From: Diplonema japonicum
Taxonomy: Eukaryota > Protista > Euglenozoa: Diplonemea
DNA: 64,000 bases
Direction: 5' to 3'
Assembly (NCBI GenBank): GCA_964019335.1
Contig: OZ025678.1
Location: forward strand, 310,001 to 374,000
Numbering within the stretch: the stretch's first letter is position 1; each line of letters starts with the position of its first letter. The position numbers and the translations under genes are program-made. The notes under the pieces were generated by a model. That model saw only the letters and a list, made by a program, of their open reading frames with translations, was not told where the DNA came from and searched no databases. Shown in pieces: positions 59,601-64,000 of this stretch.

Positions 59601-61210
59601 GAGAAACGGCGACCCGACGAAGCTGCACAGCTGGCTGAGGTTGAAAGTCTCAAAGCGCAGCTGGCGTCACGAGCAGACCGACCTGAGGTTGAGATGACCA
59701 TCCGCACGCTGGCTGACTCTTTAGAGGCGAAAGATGCTGCGCTGAATGCGGCTTTGGAAGAGCTGAAGGCACACAAAAAAGGAGACATTGGGCGTAGCAG
59801 GCAGGCCACAGATCTGGAAATCAGAATCAAGGAGCTCGAGCAGGACAAAAAGTACGCAGACGAGATCGAAAAGAAGCTCCGCTCGCAGCTACGCGAAATG
59901 CAAAAGAGGCTGACAAGGATGTCCAAGGAGTCCCCATCGAGCCCGAGTGCAGCAAGCACCGCAGATGACAGTACCGCCCCGTTGATCGCGCTGCGCAAAG
60001 AAAAAGAAACTGCTGAAAAAGCCTGGCTCGAGGAGATCAAGCGTTGGCAGCAAGTCGCTAGGGAAGCCGAAGAGAAAACCGCTCACGCAGAGGAAAGGCT
60101 TCAAAATGCGCAAAGAGAGCAACCGCAGGACACCGTTTTGCCATCCCACGTTGTGAAGCTCAACCAGCAGCTGAGCGAAGTGCGCACAGACTACGTCGAC
60201 GCAAAGGGCAAGATCTTTGAACTGGAGACGGAACTGGAGCTGGAAAGGAAGAACTCCACAGCAAAAGACCTGGGCGGGACACGGGCGTTAGAAAAAGAGA
60301 ACAAATACCTGCAGTACAAGGCATCGTTGTGGAGCGCGCTGCTTGATGGAATCAAGGAAGACGGGGGCTCCGAAAAGCGCAATGAATGGAGAAAGATCAA
60401 CGCCGAAGCTGAGCAGGCATACCTGTGGGGCGTGCAAATCGGACGGGGGCAAAGCGAGGACGACACTGAACTACTCTCCCGCGCCGCTAGAGCACTGTCA
60501 ACAGCACAAGTAGAGAAATCAGAAGTAGGCTACCGATGGGCCATCCAGACAGCATGGTGGCAAGGAATGCTGTCGATGGCAACGAGACTGGCCCGCCACG
60601 CGTACAACGGGGTTTCACCGAGAACCTCGCCTTACAGATCTTCGCGTGTGAACTCCCCTTCCATGGGCACGTTGCTGTCAGGAAGATCGAGTCCTCTACC
60701 GATGCCACCCATCCCATGGGTTCCGACTCATGTGGCGCCTGGTATTCCTGAAGCCGCGAGGGCGTCGCCTTTGAGGATTTCGCCCCGTGGCCGCACCATG
60801 CCACACGATCTGCTACACGAACCTTCACGTAGAACACCTATTAAAACTGCGGCCACGAGGCAAAGGTATGGGGGGAAAAGAGAAAAAAAAAAAGTAGGGG
60901 GTAAATTATTTTCTTTTTTAGGAGAGGAAGACCTGTATCATCACCTGTGGGCGACAGGGCCTACGAGCGCTCGATGTCTTCGCACAGCCGCACTCCAAGG
61001 CGTTCGTTCACGCCGACGAACTATTTCTCACGGGTGCAAGACGTTCAGCGAAAGTTGAACATGCTCCGGTCTGAGCTCCAAGAGAATTCATCGAAGGTGG
61101 CGGAGGAGCCTTATTATGAGAAATTGGCCGATTTTTACCCCTCTGATCCCCCCTCACCATGGGTCCCTCCCCCGGGGCGGACAAGCCCCACTAACAGACT
61201 GGGACTTTGA
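38683..61210 (+). CDS. Giant (~7,464 aa) coiled-coil cytoskeletal or scaffold protein with an N-terminal RanBP2-type Zn finger
   Basis: Exons 38683-41184, 41218-41361, 41406-60865 and 60922-61210 total 22,395 nt and stay in frame. WHCEECRTVNLSFSQNCVQC at the N-terminus; E/K/L/Q heptads throughout. Confidence 0.85.
49760..53540 (+). repeat. Internal coding repeats of the giant protein (~6 diverged copies)
   Basis: Recurrent unit ELTNEIRQLREKTESLASEKEALE…SSSSSDADDKPEDRxRVLEGEIxSLxEQL…SSENVQQLEDEVASLKEQLD with high DNA identity. Confidence 0.9.
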
Positions 61211-61751
61211 GTGTTTTCCATGCTTGACGTTCGATTTTTTTTTCCATTTCATCCCCTCCCCCCCCCCTTTTTTTGCATTACAAACCCTTTTCCTCCTCCA
61301 TCGCGAAAATTTCCTTTTGCATAGATACTCCACGCTATCAAAAAAAAAAAAAATAGTTCCCTAGAGATATGTTTTTGCTTTTTCTTCTTCTTTTTTGTGT
61401 TTGCCAGTTATTCCCCCCTCTTTTATTTCTCTTTTTATCTTCCCCAAGAAAACGCTTGGAGAATAGAAATGCTGCGAGTATACGTTTTCAACTGAAAGGC
61501 CGGTGAGCGCAAAGAGAAAAAAAAAACGTGAAGTTTTATTATGCCCCCCCCCATTTTTATTTTCCTTTTGACATCTTCGTAGATTAGTAATCCCCCCTTT
61601 ATCCTTTCCCCCTCTTTTTCTTTTTCTAAATGAACCACCACAACAAAAAAAAAAACCCCCCAAGGACCCCCCCCCCAATCCCGTCCTCTCCTTCTCAACC
61701 TTTAGCCTTCTGTAGTTAAAAACGCGTCGGTGCATTCAGAGATTTCACAAA

Positions 61752-64000
61752 ATGGCGGGACACTGTGATCCTAACAGGGGTGCACTGCCACCGAAGGAAG
61801 GGTTGTTTGGGGAGGTAACGTATTCAGAGGAAGGAGTAAACCGAGGGGGTGGTTTCCCGGTGTGGCACAAGCCCACCTCCGGAGTAGATAAGGGTCTCAA
61901 GGTGAAAAACTCCCTTAGCGCGGGACCAAACGGCGACTTAGACCCCTTTGTCCCAGGGTTCAAGAACAGGGTCTTATGGTACACATGCGGCCCCACTGTC
62001 TACGACTCCTCGCACATGGGACACGCTAGGGCGTACCTCACCTTCGACATCCTCCGAAGGATCACCGAGGAGTACTTCGGGTATGATGTCCTGTACCACG
62101 TCAACGTCACCGACATTGATGACAAGATCATCATCAAGTCAAGGGTCAACTACCTTCTCAAGCAGTACGAAGACGAGAAGCACGACTTTAAGTCCGTCGC
62201 CGAGAAGGTCCAGCACGCCATCAAGGTCAAAGGTGAAAAACTCGACTCCAAGAAAGCCGAACTCTCCGAGCCTCTCCCCGAGAACTCCATCTCCCGTATC
62301 GTCAACGAGCGTCAGGACGCTTTGAAGATCCTCGAACTCAAGGCCACCCAACACAAGGAAGTCGTGTCGGCGGTTGAGAAAACCGTGAAAGGCGGCAAAG
62401 ACACCGCTGCGCTTCTCCGCGAGGTACAGTTCCATTTCTCCCCTTTTTACAAACACCACAGGGCCGCGATGCGCTTGGCGAGCTTCTCGATACTGAGAAG
62501 GGTGCCTCCGTAACCGATCATTCTGTCTTTATGGCACACGCCAAGAAGTATGAGAAGGAGTACTTCGAGGACATGGCCGCTCTGGGTGTCAAGGAGCCCG
62601 ATGTCCTCACTAGGGTGACCGAGTACGTGCCGGAGATCAAGAAGTTCATCCAGACCATTATCGACAAGGGCCTTGCTTACGAGAGCAACGGTTCTGTCTA
62701 CCTCGACATCAGCGCCTTCAAAGCCCGTGGTCACGACTACAGGAAGCTCCGACCGGGTGGCGACACAACCGCCGATGAGATGGCTGAAGGGGAGGGTGCC
62801 CTGGCGGGAGAAGCTTCTGAAAAGAGACACCCCAACGACTTCACTTTGTGGAAGAAGAGCAAGGTCGGCGAGCCTGAGTGGAAGTCTGACTGGGGCATGG
62901 GCCGCCCCGGTTGGCACATCGAGTGCAGCGTTGTGGCCTCCGACATCCTTGGGCCTGTCATGGACGTGCACGCTGGTGGGTCGGACCTGAAGTTCCCGCA
63001 CCACGACAACGAGCTGGCGCAGAGCGAGGCTTGCTTCGGACACACCCAGTGGGTGAACTACTTCTTCCACGCAGGGCATCTGAAGATCAAGGGGCTCAAG
63101 ATGGGGAAGAGTCTGAAGAACTTCATCACGATCAAGCAGGCGCTTGAGAAGTACAACGCAAGGGAGATCCGTATCTTGTTCCTCCTGCAGCCCTGGCACA
63201 AGGAGATGAACTTCTCTGACCAGGCGATGGACGATGCAAAGGTGAAAGAGAAGGCCTTCCGTGAGTTCTTCCACAAAGTGAGGAGCCTTGGGAGGACCGA
63301 CTGGGCAAACACGCCGGTTGGGTTCCAGGAGGGTGCGGCGGACAGGGAGCTGGTGACGCTACTGTTCAAGACGAAAGAGGAAGTGGACGCGGCATTCAAG
63401 GACAACTATGACACAGTGGCGGCGATGCTGGCGATGTACAAGCTTGTGGGAGCCTTCAACAAGTATGAGAGCGACGCGAAGAGGCCTGTGGTGCACTTGG
63501 CGCAGAAGATTGCGATGTTCATTACAGGGATCTTCCGTGTGCTGGGTCTTGTGCAGGGAACCGACAGCATCGGTTTCGGTGAGGACGCAAGCGGTGGTGG
63601 GAAGGACGCGCTTGTCCCGTTCCTTGACAAGTTCTTGGACTTCAGGACCGGTGTCCGCAAGGAAGCCCTCCCGAAGGTGAAGTTCGACGAAGCTATGAGG
63701 AGCATCATGAAGGCCTGTGACGAGGTGCGTGACACCGACCTCCCGCCTCTGGGCGTGCGCATTGACGACCGCCCCGACGGCTCCAGCGTCTGGAAGATGG
63801 ATGACCCCGAGGTCCTCATGAAGGAAATCAACGAAAAAAAAGAAGCGGCAAGGGAAGCCGCGGCGAAAAAAGCAAAGGCTTCCGTCGACGCACTTGAGAA
63901 GAAGGTCAAAACCTTAAAATCCGTCCTTGCAGCAGGCGATCCCGCTAACATGTTCGAAGGGTACGCACTCAGCGAGGAAGGCGTGCCTTTGAAGGACAAG
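61752..64000 (+). CDS. CARS: Cytosolic-type cysteinyl-tRNA synthetase (3' end outside window)
   Basis: Motifs [43 protein letters not shown] and KMGKS. One 38-nt intron at 62424-62461. Confidence 0.97.

Noticed and set aside
41500-60900. Numerous Ser-rich minus-strand ORFs
   Set aside because: These are antisense shadows of the Glu/Lys/Gln-rich coiled-coil gene.

Overview
Eukaryotic protist DNA, most likely a diplonemid (Euglenozoa). This is inferred from the receptor-type adenylate cyclase family, the SH3/Tudor-like module proteins, the fact that all host genes lie on the + strand, and the AGA-box guide RNAs. The window holds about 16 protein genes. They are two kinase fusions sharing an identical cassette (one with ankyrin repeats, one with FG repeats and Zn ribbons), a cathepsin L-like protease, an adenylate cyclase, a single-pass EGF-like protein, a coiled-coil protein, a cyclin, two tandem secreted multi-module paralogues, a pseudo-metacaspase, VPS54, a ~7,460-aa coiled-coil giant, cysteinyl-tRNA synthetase and a few unknown proteins. 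Introns are GT-AG and mostly tiny (21-56 nt), and many have poly(A) or purine/AC-rich 3' ends instead of a polypyrimidine tract. Three introns are enlarged by cargo: a piggyBac-like element, a pogo-like element and, most notably, a tandem array of 10 single-hairpin AGA-box (H/ACA-like) guide-RNA candidates. These candidates show compensatory stem changes and carry a pocket that fits an LSU rRNA site. A densely structured ~340-nt segment followed by poly(A) and a 150-bp palindromic element lie at 6.5-7.1 kb. All gene models were spliced by hand and no searches were run.
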